A stretch of DNA of 64,000 nucleotides from Eledone cirrhosa (Eukaryota): NCBI GenBank assembly GCA_964016885.1, contig OZ024741.1, forward strand, positions 178,188,001 through 178,252,000, given 5' to 3'. The notes under the pieces were generated by a model, which searched no databases, was not told where the DNA came from, and saw only the letters and a list, made by a program, of their open reading frames with translations. The position numbers and the translations under genes are program-made. Positions 1 to 13,710 of this stretch are shown here, one piece after another. Numbering within the stretch: position 1 is the stretch's first letter; the number at the start of each line of letters is the position of its first letter.

Positions 1-195
1 AAATTTGGAGGATTTGAGCTGTTAAAGTCTTTCTTCGCCCGCCCCAACATTATAAAATTGCATGGCGTTATGTCCGTGCTTCTCGCTGGCCATTCATCTG
101 GACCTCGACAACCAAGCCAATGCTCTGGAAATTTGTCATCAAGCCACTCGTGGACAGTGTGTACAAAATAAGGAGGTTTCCATTTTGCATGAATA
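1..195 (-). pseudogene. Tc1/mariner-superfamily DDD transposase relic (catalytic C-terminal part, cut by the window edge)
   Basis: Minus-strand translation gives FMQNG..PYF and HEWLDDKFPEHWLGCRGPDEWPARSTDITPCNF. This matches the QDGAPPH...WIGRRGPxxWPARSPDLTPCDF motif; frameshifted. Confidence 0.75.
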
Positions 196-2680
196 TGTGG
201 TGATTTATGTTGTCTCGAGTGGTTACAGTAGGTCTAAGTTATAATAAGATTCAATAAGGAGTTTCTTTCCACCCACCCTGTCATGATGTTAGGGAGAGAA
301 AGGGATAAATACATGTGTACATTTATACATAGATATGTATATGTTCATAAGCGTGCGCTTAAATCATGTTGGCCAGTGACACAACACTCCATTTTTCAGA
401 ATAACGAACATTTGTTAATGAGACAATATTGAAGTGTTTTTTTTTTTACGGGTAGTAACAGTCTATTACATTTTCCTTTGATGTTTGGAATATTGCTTAC
501 GCTTTCATTCTGTAAATTGTGCTGTACATAAAACCAAAACTTCAGTGTTAACGAATTGTTTGAGGAACAGTGTTGAAGGCTCAAACAAGTTGGATTTACT
601 GTATATAAATTCAGTGAAAGTGGAAGCTGACACTTGAAAAGCTTGTTAAATTGTTTGGGTGCATGTAATGCGATACATAAATAATGTTGTAATGTCTTTG
701 AATGGTAAGGGCAAATCAAACTTAAATTATTCAATTTATATTTAAGACCATTAATGCTTTTAACATGATCAAACGTGAATTGAACTAAGCAGAAATAAGC
801 ATATAAAAATGAAAATGAGAAACCCTAAATCGTGAATATAATTATATTACTGTAACAAGCTCTTATTGATGAATAAATGTAAGGGTTATAATACCAGTCT
901 AAATTATACATAGAAAGGCATTGAAAGTCATTAAAGGAAATAATCTAATAATTACGTTCTTTACAGTTTTCAACAAGAAATTTCGTAAATTATATTTTTA
1001 TTTAATTTGAGAAAAGTAAATCCAATCTATCTTTAGGTAGTAGTGCATATCACATTAAATGACAATTGTAGGATATTTGGTAGTCACTTCAATGAGACTA
1101 GTTTCAGTCCCGCTTTCAATTATAGAAGCGTACATTTGCATTGCGTTTGCAATTTTAAAATATGTAGTTTGATCCTCATAAACCCCACCACCACTTCATC
1201 AGATATGAAGCATTAATTATTTTCAATGAATTTGATGGTTTCAAAACATAGAATCAATTTGAAATTATTTTTGGATTTTTCTCATTTATAGCGTAATTAT
1301 AGAGCAGTTCAGCCTTTCGTGAGCGTTAATATTTTATTTATAATACCAATTTCGATTACAAAATCTGTATTCAACTATCTACATCAAGGACTACACCTTT
1401 GACTTTAAAATAATGTCCATGTTTTTATGCACTATGGCAGACATGTATTATTTGCGCCAAGTGTGCAATGCCGATATCGACGTTAATTCCTGCAGCATTC
1501 AAAGGTACTTAGTATTATGTTGGAGGTTATTAAATTCTGCTAAAGTGATTGAAAACAAGAATTATTTTCCATGATTTAATACTGCATGTTAATGGAGTCA
1601 GTGGCCTAAAAACGATACTTCAATAGTTTCAAGTATTTTATAATTCACCTGTGGTTAAGATCATAGAAATGGTTTGCTTCAATCGATCCCATTCACAATT
1701 ACTAAGAGGAAATTGTATTTTGTCAACAAGAAGTTCGATTTTACATCATCAGTGACGCCAAAAACTTTATACACCTTAAGGATTGAAGATTCTTTTATAG
1801 AATTAAAGAACAAAGTTGAAATTTTATAAAATATTTTTTCTTATTTCTTAATGACAACTGTCTTAAGTCCACCAAGCTGAAGAAAAGAGAAACAAAATCT
1901 ATTACTCACCGACATCACAGCATCACAGACACGTAAGATGTATTTCGATTGATCAAGAATCACCCAAATAATATCCACAGCTGTTCCCATAATAATAACT
2001 TTTAACTACACTAACTATACAAGCGACATGGTTTGCTCAATACACGACCAAACCATATTTGATAGAGTATGTAAATATATGAAAACGGGATCATCGCTAA
2101 TACCAACTATAACCTTGTCAACATATATACATTTTCTCCCAGTTAACAGAACAACCAGGAAGAGAAGTAAAATGTGTTGACTTCCTCGTTACCCGTTGTG
2201 TTTCTTAACAATTTTGTTATTATTGTTCCCGTACTGGTGGAAATCTAAATTAAGGCTATATAATCGAAGTCTAATTTATTTAGAATTTTGCCGCCATTTA
2301 GCACTGTCTTATTTTGAACAAGAAGACGTCACTGCTTGCTTCACACAACTCTGTCTTAGCAATAATTTCTATCACTGTCACAAAGAGCGAGCGAATTTAA
2401 TGTCGCCCTCTCTCCAGAATCACAGTATTATAATAGCCATTTTTGTATACTTAACTTTTATTTTATTCTTATTCTGATTTTTATTTTTCGTTTTGATTTC
2501 CTTGGTACTTCCCCTTCTATTTTGACAAGATATGAACCTAGCGCAACCTGTCAATTAACATATAACTACGCCAATGAACAGATGGACATGGCTTAAGTTA
2601 ACACAGACAAGTTCATTATTCCTCCCATTTTGCCATCGAGCCGCTTTAAGCTTGATCGGCTGGCATTCTATCTTATATTA

Positions 2681-2853
2681 ATAATTGTTTCTACTTTTGG
2701 CACAACCTCAGTGCATTACGGGTGTTTTATTTTATCGACCCCGTAAGGATGAAAGGCAAAGTTAACCTCGGCGGGATTTGAATTCATAACGTAAAGAGCC
2801 ATAACTCTATGGTTCAAAGCATGGTGTCCGATGCTCTACCAATACTGCCAATG
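2681..2853 (-). mobile_element. tRNA-derived SINE (family with many copies in the window)
   Basis: Minus strand has an A-box-like TGGCAGTATTGG and a B-box-like GAATTCAAATCC, then the body TTTGCCTTTCATCCTTACGGGGTCGATAAAATAAA and an AT-rich tail. Confidence 0.85.
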
Positions 2854-3136
2854 CTATATTAATAATGAATCCTAATTTTGGCGCAAGACCGTAACTTTGC
2901 GGCAAGTTTAAACTCCCTCCCAACAATAGTCCTTGATTTGCAATTTATTTTGTCGAACCTGGACGGGTGCAAAACGAAGTTAACCATATCACGATTTGAA
3001 TTCAGGATGTAAAAGGACACAAGCATATTTTCCGACGCCTTATGATTCTGAAAATCCACTGCACTTATATATCTATAATTCATCTGCATACTAACATGCT
3101 TACATGCATATTGACATACACTGATTATCTATATGA

Positions 3137-3590
3137 CTTCTTCTTCACCCTATTATTCCAGGGTGGTTGATGCGGTCAGATTCCTCAAGTATGCCTTTTA
3201 GTGAGATCTGTCAGAAGTAATCCACTCAAATTAATCCAGTTGGATCCCCACACAAGAGCAGCCGAGCTCCTGGTTGTTATCGAACTATTTAGCACAGAGT
3301 TCACCCTGGGTTTCCTACCAGTTGGTTTTCCCCGTAAAATCTGCCCAGCGATTTTTTCCTGAGGTATTCCGACCACATGTTCGTAGTAGCGGAGATGTGA
3401 TCTCTCAAATGGGAGAAGTATCGTCTCTACCTGTGGCGACTCTGATCTCCGAGCTACGCCCTCTAACAAGTAACGTTATTCCAAAGACGCTTTTATTATC
3501 AATCGCAATCTTTCGGTCATTTGCCAAGATTCATAACCGGGTGAATACTATTGCTTTTGATATTTATCTTCTCCAGTGAAATCTGTTCTT
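3137..3590 (-). mobile_element. 5'-truncated, decayed RTE-clade LINE 3' end (duplicated at ~6148-6600)
   Basis: ERSHLRYYEHVVGIPQEKIAGQILRGKPTGRKPR resembles the RTE C-terminus ERSQLRWFGHVxRM...GKRPRGRP; ends in a (GAA)n-like tail. Confidence 0.75.
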
Positions 3591-3773
3591 ACAGATGTAT
3601 TGTGATATGTATTAGATAAAAGCTAATTATAACGTGACTCACGTCTATTATTTCTGTGAAACAGTAAACACTAAGGTCATCGATATGGAGAATGGAAAGC
3701 CGTAGGAACAGCACATGAATAACGGTCATGATTGTTATGATAGTGAGAATGGTTTCTAATGCTGGTCCACACC

Positions 3774-3829
<56 letters not shown>

Positions 3830-3839
3830 CGAGGGGGGT

Positions 3840-3878
<39 letters not shown>

Positions 3879-3918
3879 CAATGGTATTAATAAATGGAAA
3901 TATTTATAAAACCATATT

Positions 3919-3980
3919 TATTCTATTATATATATACCAAGGGTACCAAAAACTTTGGTACGCTCCCATCAGATAAAATA
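3919..3980 (-). ncRNA. degenerate minimal hammerhead ribozyme motif
   Basis: Reverse complement: TATTTTAT-CTGATGG-GAGCGTACCAAA..TTTGGTACCCTT-GGTA-TATATAT-A-ATAGAATA. Stems I, II and III are preserved but the core is mutated; related to the motif at 43066. Confidence 0.55.
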
Positions 3981-4008
3981 CAAAGCTTGTTTAATAAATA
4001 TCCCGTTG

Positions 4009-4096
<88 letters not shown>

Positions 4097-5691
4097 CACA
4101 CACATATACATATATAATGTACGAAAGTAAACGAGTTTATCTGAGATTTTCAGTCATGACTCACCTACTCAATGAGACGATTATGCTTGTGATTGTGAAA
4201 CTGCATCGTAAACTTCAGAGCACACATATTATAGTTAGTTAGTGAGAACTATGACAGTATTTTTGTAAAGACACCTCCGTACCTATCACCTGGACAGATT
4301 CCGCTTTTATTCATTATACTTTCTACAAAAAAAACTGCTATATGTAGAGTATATGCAATATCAGCAGATATTAGGCAATCGGGCTATTGCATTTCATCAG
4401 CATTTGGTCCAAATTTAACTCTTAAGTTTTATAGTGAGCACAGGCCGCTAGCTTCCCAATCTAGCAGTTCTATGCTGTCACGTCACATATACTCTAAAAT
4501 AGGAACAGACCGTTGTGTGAGCAGAACATATATGGATAGTAAATTAAAAAGAACTGGAATACCTGCCAATATAGAACTCAACCAATTTAATATATACATA
4601 CATATACACATATACACATATATATACACACTTTTAAGGGCTGACTTGCAATATAAATTCGAACAATAAATATTCAATATATAATCAATACATAGATATA
4701 TAGAAATGTTCAAACCTTACATGGAAGACAGCTCAGTCAATACTAGAAGCAAATAATACATAGTTTACGAAAGTCAACGAATTTATTTCACCGATTTCTG
4801 GCCATGACCTACACAGTCAATGATAATGTATGGTAGCTTTTGTAAAACTACATCTCAATGTTCAGACTGCACACATTATAGTTAGTCAGTGACTACTATG
4901 GCAGAGGTTTGGTAAAGATACCTCCGTATTTATCTCATGGACGGATTTCATTTCTTTGTAATATTCCTCGTATATATAGGGTCTAGATGTAAAAGTGCAA
5001 ATGTTACAATACGAATATACACTTTGTTAGCCCTCTGAGACATATTTTGCTCTATACACGTCCAAACCATATCTCATTGAGTTTATAAATATGTGAAAAA
5101 GAGATCATGGCTAATACCAACTATAACCTTGTCAATATATATGTTTTCTCCCAGTTAACATAACAACCAGGAAGATAAGTAAAATGTATAGGCTTCCTCT
5201 TTACACCTGTGTTTCTTTAAAATTCTGTTTTTCTTGTTCCTGTACTGGTGGAAATCCAAATTAAGGCTATATAATCGAAGTCTAATTTATTTAGAATTTT
5301 GTCGCCATTTAGCACTGTCTTATTTTGAACAAGAAGACGACACTGCTTGCTTCACACAACTCTGTCTTAGCAATAATTTCTATCACTGTCACAAAGAGCG
5401 AGCGAATTTAATGTCTCCCTCTCTCCAGAATCACAGTATTATAATAGCCATTTTTGTATACTTAACTTTTATTTTATTCTTATTCTGATTTTTATTTTTC
5501 GTTTTGATTTCCTTGGTGCTTCCCTTTCTATTTTGACAAGATATGAACCTAGCGCAACCTGTCAATTAACATATAACTACGCCAATGAACAGATGGACAT
5601 GGCTTAAGTTAACACAGACAATTTCATTATTCCTCCCATTTTGCCATCGAGCCGCTTTAAGCTTGATTGGCTGGCATTCTATCTTATATAA

Positions 5692-5864
5692 ATAATTGTT
5701 TCTACTTTTGGCACAACCTCAGTGCATTACTGGTGCTTTATTTTATTGACCCCGTAAGGATGAAAGGCAAAGTTAACCTCGGCGGGATTTGAATTCATAA
5801 CCTAAAGAGCCATAACTCTATGGTTCAAAGCATGGTGTCCGATGCTCTACCAATACCGCCAATC
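5692..5864 (-). mobile_element. tRNA-derived SINE (duplicated copy)
   Basis: Same sequence as 2681-2853, inside the second duplication unit. Confidence 0.85.
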
Positions 5865-6828
5865 CTATATTAATAATGAATCCTAATTTTGGCGCAAGAC
5901 CGTAACTTTGCGGCAAGTTTAAACTCCCTCCCAACAATAGTCCTTGATTTGCAATTTATTTTGTCGAACCTGGACGGGTGCAAAACGAAGTTAACCATAT
6001 CACGATTTGAATTCAGGATGTAAAAGGACACAAGCATATTTTCCGACGCCTTATGATTCTGAAAATCCACTGCATTTATATATCTATAATTCATCTGCAT
6101 ACTAACATGTTTACATGCATATTGACATACACTGATTATCTATATGACTTCTTCTTCACCCTATTATTCCAGGGTGGTTGATGCGGTCAGATTCCTCAAG
6201 TATGCCTTTTAGTGAGATCTGTCAGAAGTAATCCACTCAAATTAATCCAGTTGGATCCCCACACAAGACCAGCCGAGCTCCTGGTTGTTATCGAACTATT
6301 TAGCACAGAGTTCACCCTGGGTTTCCTACCAGTTGGTTTTCCCCGTAAAATCTGCCCAGCGATTTTTTCCTGAGGTATTCCGACCACATGTTCGTAGTAG
6401 CGGAGATGTGATCTCTCAAATGGGAGAAGTATCGTCTCTACCTGTGGCGACTCTGATCTCCGAGCTACGCTCTCTAACAAGTAACGTTATTCCAAAGACG
6501 CTTTTATTATCAATCGCAATCTTTCGGTCATTTGCCAAGATTCATAACCGGGTGAATACTATTGCTTTTGATATTTATCTTCTCCAGTGAAATCTGTTCT
6601 TACAGATGTATTGTGATATGTATTAGATAAAAGCTAATTATAACGTGACTCACGTCTATTATTTCTGTGAAACAGTAAACACTAAGGTCATCGATATGGA
6701 GAATGGAAAGCCGTGGGAACAGCACATGAATAACGGTCATGATTGTTATGATAGTGAGAATGGTTTCTAATGCTGGTCCACACCCACACACACACATATA
6801 TATATATATGTGTGTGTTTGAGGGGGTT

Positions 6829-6860
<32 letters not shown>

Positions 6861-6905
6861 TATATCAATGGTATTAATAAATGGAAATATTTATAAAACC
6901 ATATT

Positions 6906-6967
6906 TATTCTATTATATATATATCAAGGGTACCAAAAACTTTGGTACGCTCCCATCAGATAAAATA
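6906..6967 (-). ncRNA. degenerate minimal hammerhead ribozyme motif (duplicated copy)
   Basis: As 3919-3980, with GATA in place of the core GAAA. Confidence 0.55.
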
Positions 6968-6980
6968 CAAAGGTTGTTTA

Positions 6981-7051
<71 letters not shown>

Positions 7052-8713
7052 TATATAATGTACGAAAGTAAACGAGTTTATCTGAGATTTTCAGTCATGA
7101 CTCACTTACTCAATGAGACGATTATGCTTGTGATTGTGAAACTGCATCGTAAACTTCAGAGCACACATATTATAGTTAGTTAGTGAGAACTATGACAGTA
7201 TGTTTGTAAAGACACCTCCGTACCTATCACCTGGACAGATTCCGCTTTTATTCATTATACTTTCTACAAAAAAAACTGCTATATGTAGAGTATTATGTAA
7301 TATTAGCAGATATTAGGCAATCGGGCTATTGCATTTCATCAGCATTTGGTCCAAATTTAACTCTTAAGTTTTATAGTGAACACAGGCCGCTAGCTTCCCA
7401 ATCTAGCAGTTCTATGCTGTCACGTCACATATACTCTAAAATAGGAACAGACCGTTGTGTGAGAAGAAGATACTATGGATAGTAAATTAAAAAGAACTGG
7501 AATACCTGCCAATATAGAACTCAACCAATTTCATATATACATACATATACACATATACACATATATATATACACACTTTTAAGGGCTGACTTGCAATATA
7601 AATTCGAACAATAAATATTCAATATATAATCAATACATAGATATATAGAAATGTTCAAACCTTACATGGAAGACAGCTCAGTCAATACTGGAAGCAAATA
7701 ATACATAGTTTACGCAAGTCAACGAATTTATTTCACCAATTTCTGGCCATGACCTACACAGTCAATGATAATGTATGCTAGCTTTTGTGAAACTACATCT
7801 CAATATTCAGACTGCACACATTATAGTTAGTCAGTGACTACTATGGCAGAGGTTTGGTAATGATACCTCCGTATTTATCTCATGGACGGGTTTCATTTCT
7901 TTGTAATATTCCTCGTATATATAGGGTCTAGATGTAAAAGTGCAAATGTTACAATACGAATATACACTTTGTTAGCCCTCTGAGACATGTTTTGCTCAAT
8001 ACACGTCCAAACCATATCTCATTGAGTTTATAAATATGTGAAAAAGAGATCATGGCTAATCCCAACTATAACATTGTCAATATATATGTTTTCTCACAGT
8101 TAACAGAACAACCAGGAAGATAAGTAAAATGTATAGGCTTCGTCTTTACACCTGTGTTTCTTTAAAATTCTGTTTTTATTTTTCCCGTACTGGTGGAAAT
8201 CCAAATTAAGGCTATATAATCGAAGTCTAATTTATTTAGAATTTTGCCGCCATTTAGCACTGTCTTATTTTGACCAAGAAGACGTCATTGCTTGCTTCAC
8301 ACAGTAATTTTTACCACTCTCACAAAGAGCGAGCAAATTTTATCTCTGCGTATCTCCGTAATTCCAGGTCTGCTGACGACGGTAACGCAGAATCACTGTA
8401 TTTGATAAGTAGTTTACTGCCCTTTCAGAAACCCTTTGTCCAGATGAACGAGTACAACTGCCACATTACGAATATACACTTTGTTATCACACCGACAGCT
8501 TTTACGCGATACACCTTTAAATCATATCTCCTTGAGTGAGTAAATGTGAGCAAACAGGCTTATGGCTAATACTAATTATACCCTCATCAACATATGTATA
8601 TATTCTTTATATATCAGCTCTGAGTGAACCTCTTTGCACCGAGCTTTAAACTCTCTAGTAAAGTCTATACCCAATAATAGCAGCACTGTTATTATTATTA
8701 ACACACACACACA

Positions 8714-8756
<43 letters not shown>

Positions 8757-8760
8757 ACAC

Positions 8761-8792
<32 letters not shown>

Positions 8793-8819
8793 ACACACAC
8801 AAATATATATATATATTCT

Positions 8820-9710
8820 TCCACTTAACTGAGTCTTCTGCCTTCGATTATTTTGTGAACATGGCTCCAATATACTCGAACTTCTCCATCTACTTACGTG
8901 AAACTCCACACACATGCTCTGTACGTTGCAAAGGCATCCAATATGTTTCATTCCTGCCGTGCAACACTCGGCAACAAAGCTATCAAGTGGATGTCACCGA
9001 TCACCTTCTCATGAGTTAAATTCTACCATCTCGTCTGCAAATGCCAAGTGAGTGATCTTACAACTGCCCGTCTCGAAACAACGCCTACGTCAATTCTCTC
9101 CCTGAATATTATGAATAGGAGAGCTGACAGTACGCAGCCTTCGCCGAGTCCGACACCCATATTGAATCGCTTCGATTTAGCACCATTTATCCGAACACAT
9201 GTGCTAGAGCGTACCTGGTGAGATTTCAGGGCAATACGAAGCTGACCGTCGGTCCCATACCCCTGCGGAAACTTCCACAAGAGCAACGCAGTCGTATGCC
9301 TTTTTGAGATCTACGGAACAATTACATTGGCAATATCAATAAATTCTCAAAGACCTGTCACAGAGTGAATATTTGAACATCTGTGCAGCGTGCGGAGCGG
9401 AAGCCACAGTGAAGAAGATGGAGAAATTCAAGTATTTCGGGATCGTGTTCACGAGTGATGGAAGGAAGGAGGTTGAATTAAGTACAAACATTGCAGGAGC
9501 TGGTACACTAATGCACCAGCTTTAGCATTCCGTCATCAGAAGAAGGAAGGTAGGTGTAAAAGCCAAACAAGCTATATTCGGCTTTAGGACAATGACTGAA
9601 AACAAAAATAAAAATACAAATGGGCTTCTTCAGAAGAGAGGTTGCAATAATGTTATTTGATAGGGTGCATAGCTCAGAAATCATAGAGTCGCACGGCCCT
9701 CCCAAGAATA
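8820..9710. mobile_element. decayed RTE-clade LINE RT fragments in opposite orientations
   Basis: Minus 8820-9410: CGFRSARCT, VDLKKAYD, GVGLGEGCVLSALLFIIF, LAFADE, MEKFEYIG. Plus 9413-9690: MEKFKYFGIVFTSDGRK and MGFFRR..DRVHSSEI. Confidence 0.8.
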
Positions 9711-10139
9711 AGGGGTCGAAGAAGAATAAGGACTATATATATTTGTTTCTATGTGTGTGTATGTGTTTGTGCGTATGTGTGGGTGTGTTTGTGTGTGTGT
9801 ATGTGTGTGTGTGCGCGCGTGTGTCTGGAGAAAACATTGATCGTAGGAGTTGTACCGTTATTTAATGTTAAGTAATTGAAGGAGGATTTACGCTTGTCCA
9901 CTGTTGAGAATTGCGTAATGTAACAGCATATATTCCACCGATATTTATCTTCTGTTTTTTTTTGTTTTTTATATTCTGCGATCATATTTGATACACGGTA
10001 GCAGACGACTCCCTTATCTACGTTACTGTACTAACTAATAATCATCCCTCGATACGACAATACTTTTCCTCGGAAATCAACCTATCGCATTGAGTGTTGA
10101 ACGTGTTTTGCGCCCGGATTAATTGCAATCAAACAACCG

Positions 10140-10206
<67 letters not shown>

Positions 10207-10210
<4 letters not shown>

Positions 10211-10708
10211 TATGTACACGTACATACATATATGTATACAGACGTACAATAGTATGTATATATATACATATACATGCACACATATATATATGTACGTATG
10301 AATTCACCGAACATTTATTTTAATGCTCGGTGTGTTTGTAAACAACCATCCCGTATTTAGCCGTAGTGTCTAGCAACGATCGGTGCTCGGCTGTTCAACA
10401 CTGACAAAGGAACGCTGTACCAGTTTCAAGCTTATTAGCTATCGTCAGCAACGCACACCCTCCTGCCAGATTGTTGAACGTATATAGTTACGTATATACT
10501 TCCTTTGTCAGTGTTGAACAGACGAGCAACGATGGTTGCTAGACACTACGGCTTAATACGGGATGTTTGTTTACAAACACACCGAGCATTATAATAAATG
10601 TTCGGTGAATCCATACGTACATATATATGTGTGCATGTATGTATATATATATATAGATACTACTGTAAGTCTGTATACATATATGTATGTACGTGTACAT
10701 ACTTATAT
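10207..10708. repeat. fold-back element: ~205-bp inverted arms with a ~87-bp spacer, beside (AT)n
   Basis: 10207-10412 is the reverse complement of 10500-10708 with scattered mismatches. Confidence 0.92.
10412..10454 (-). ncRNA. minimal type-I hammerhead ribozyme motif
   Basis: Reverse complement: GCGTTG-CTGACGA-T-AGCT-aata-AGCT-T-GAA-ACTGGT-A-CAGCGT. Stem I is 6 bp, stem III is self-complementary, cleavage triplet GUA. Confidence 0.75.
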
Positions 10709-10761
10709 TTAAGTAACAGCCGTACTAAGAGTGGGAAATGAAATTTCGTTTCATTTTTTTC

Positions 10762-10846
<85 letters not shown>

Positions 10847-11849
10847 TGTATATATATGAAATGCATTAAGTAATTATGAACGAGACAATTAATTCTGAGC
10901 ACATTCTATCGTCCTTTATTGTGTAACTCTATCTCTCCCCTACCATATACATATGTTTATATATATATATATGTATGTATATATATACAAATACTGATTC
11001 ATCTTTTCTCTGTTTCTCTTGTATACATACACACATGTACACTAACATAATCACGCACACAAACCCACACACAGACACATCTCCCTCTCTCTCTGACGCC
11101 CCCTCTCTCTGTCTCTCCCTCTCTCCCCTCTCCGCCCTCTCTCACTCTCTCACGTCTCTACCTTTTTCTATCTTTCTGTAAACTTATCCAAACCAATAAA
11201 TAAAATTTATTTTAACAGAGGAAAGCTGTGGCGCATGCGCATTAGGTGCTTCATTGATCAGTGCACACGTTTCCGTAATAAATCTACTTTATGAACACAG
11301 AATTAAAATGAATTTCAAAGAATCTATTGGAATTTATTGGTTAGCTTTTCTCAAAATTAGTGAGATACGTCCTTTTGCTTTAGAAGTCTTGACAGTTACA
11401 TTGCACTTACAAGTAATGCCTAATTGAAACTTGCTACAGACAATCAAGTAAAGACAAATAATTTAATTAGCATGTCATTGGAATAAGTTTCCTAACTGGT
11501 AGTTCACTCAATACTTTGACATATACAAATGATGCTGCTGAAAACTGTGCCTGATATATATTTATCAAACACAAAAAATGTCTGGTTTCTCTCTTTGTTT
11601 TACATCACTTCTTAATGCGTCGAAATGGCAGAATCGTTGTAGTGTCAGTCAAAGTATCTTACGGCATTTTTCTGAGCTCTCGGTTTCGACATACCATTGA
11701 TGTTGACTTAGTCTTTTATCCATTGATGTTGACTTAGTCTTTTATCCTTCTTATCGCGTGGCAGCAGTATATTGGCGGAATTGGAGTGTCATGCGAATTG
11801 ATTGGTTCTCTTCACTCTGTGTTCAATTACCGTCGTGGTCGTGGGGCAG

Positions 11850-12810
11850 TTATTAGAGCGCATGGCGAGTTGTCTTGCAGTGTCTCCCTATATGTCCAGC
11901 ATTACCCTTTTTTCTGTCAGTTGGGTTTTAGTTAAAACAGATTTGGTTAGTATGTCTAATCACTCGATCATCCACACATCGGCTTCATTGTTATTTCGTA
12001 ACAGCCTGTAGTTATTTGTGTAGGGATATGGTAATGTTTATTCAGCTGAGCTGCTGAGTTTCATTTTGTTTGAACTTATCTTATTTTCTAGTTCCTTCTG
12101 AGGTATTGATTTTTTTGTGAAGGATGTACTTTTGTTTTGCTTCATGTTATTTAGTTCCTAACAGAGGGGTTAACTCATTAGTGAGATTTAGTTGAAGCAT
12201 TTTATTCGCTAATTATGTCTACAACCTTGTAATCGTATCTCAAAAAGAAACTTGAAAATAAATATTTAGAAATCAAGTATTTAGGTGAATATATATCTGT
12301 GTGTAGATCAAAGAGATAAAGTCCGCTTTTAGGAAACAATTCGACTTCTCCTCAGCTAACGTTAGCTGAATGGATTTTCTATTTAAAGATAAAATATGCT
12401 TGCAAAACTACGTTAACTCTATTAACACTAGAGCCAAGTTTACTGACAAATGTTGCATTTTCTCTTACTTGTATATATTTTTACTGTTCTTAACAATTTG
12501 CACCTTAATTTTCCTTCGAAAACTCTAATGTATATGCTCAAGTTCAAATCGTCTGAAATATAAATCTCCCAAAGAACCATATCTATCAGAGGTAGACATA
12601 CTTCACAATTCACATTAATTAATACACTCACTTCTAGAATTATGTTCCGTAAATTATTTTTAGAATCGTCGCTCTGTCATATCAATATTACTCTCAGAGC
12701 ACTCAGGATTTCAGCCAATAATATACCCCAAGCTTTCACTATCGCATTCAAATATGTTTAATGTAATGTTTTATATTTATGAAATTCCATGTTTAATATT
12801 CTTATAATAT
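11850..12810 (-). pseudogene. possible heavily decayed Penelope-like RT/thumb
   Basis: Scattered minus-strand peptides (NLYYKNIKHG, RVFEGKL, SIPQKEL, TLPYPYTNN) fall in the order expected for a Neptune-type RT; many stops. Confidence 0.3.
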
Positions 12811-13710
12811 AAGTTCAGACGGTGCACTAGCATTATGGAAAGTATCCTACAAAATGGTTTACGGTACTTCTACGTTCTGAGTTCCACTGAGCTTAAAATC
12901 TAATTACTGAGGGCACTTTAATCGACTTTCCCCTTCCTGCAGATAGCGGAGTTTGAGCCAATGCGTAAAAGAGTTATAGTAGAAGAGGTTATCCAATGTG
13001 TCACGCGGTAGACAGAATCTAGAACTCCTCCAATATACTTCACACTTTACAATTTAAGAAATTATTATAATTTGAAACTGCGAGCAATAGTCGAAGTAAT
13101 TTTGTGGTTTGTTTAGTTTTAGTTAATGAGTTGGTGTGATAAAGTATAGTTAACATTTCATAATACTTTTTTAAATTAAAATAAGGATTTGTTGAATTCC
13201 CTCCACCACAGTCATTTGCGTGGGACTAGCTTCTGGATTATCAGGGTTTCTTGAAGCATATATGTCGCTTCTCGAAAATTGATGTTGCTCGTGTTGCGAT
13301 TGTGCATTATTTATTGATACTTCCTTGATTTACATTGTTTTACAGAAATATCGGGCTTTGGGCATTAGTTGTTTTTTTTTAAATTATATTTCCCTTCAGC
13401 AATAGAATGATATAATTAAATTGAAACACAGTCACTTAGCCTTCAAAAAGATATCTCATGTTATGTACTAAACAGAACATATATATTATAACTGAACAAT
13501 AGCTAAGCAGAGAGGAAAATAAAAATGAGACTAAAGCTCTCACGAGTATTCGATGTGAAAGAAATATGAATTTAATAAAACAGCAAGTAATATGTATAAC
13601 GCTCAACTTGGAAATACAATAAGAAAATCAATCGTTGGAAAAATTTGAAAAGAATCCTAATGCTGTATGTGAAGAATGACTTAATTACTTTTACAAAAGC
13701 ATATATTTAT

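Larger units (their letters stand above)
2040..8350. repeat. ~3-kb tandem segmental duplication (two units plus a partial third)
   Basis: Near-identical text recurs at offsets of about 3011 (3176 vs 6187) and about 2945 (4979 vs 7924). ORF pairs 2859/5870, 3185/6196 and 3274/6285 are near-identical. Unit length differs mainly in the (AT)n tracts. Confidence 0.95.
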
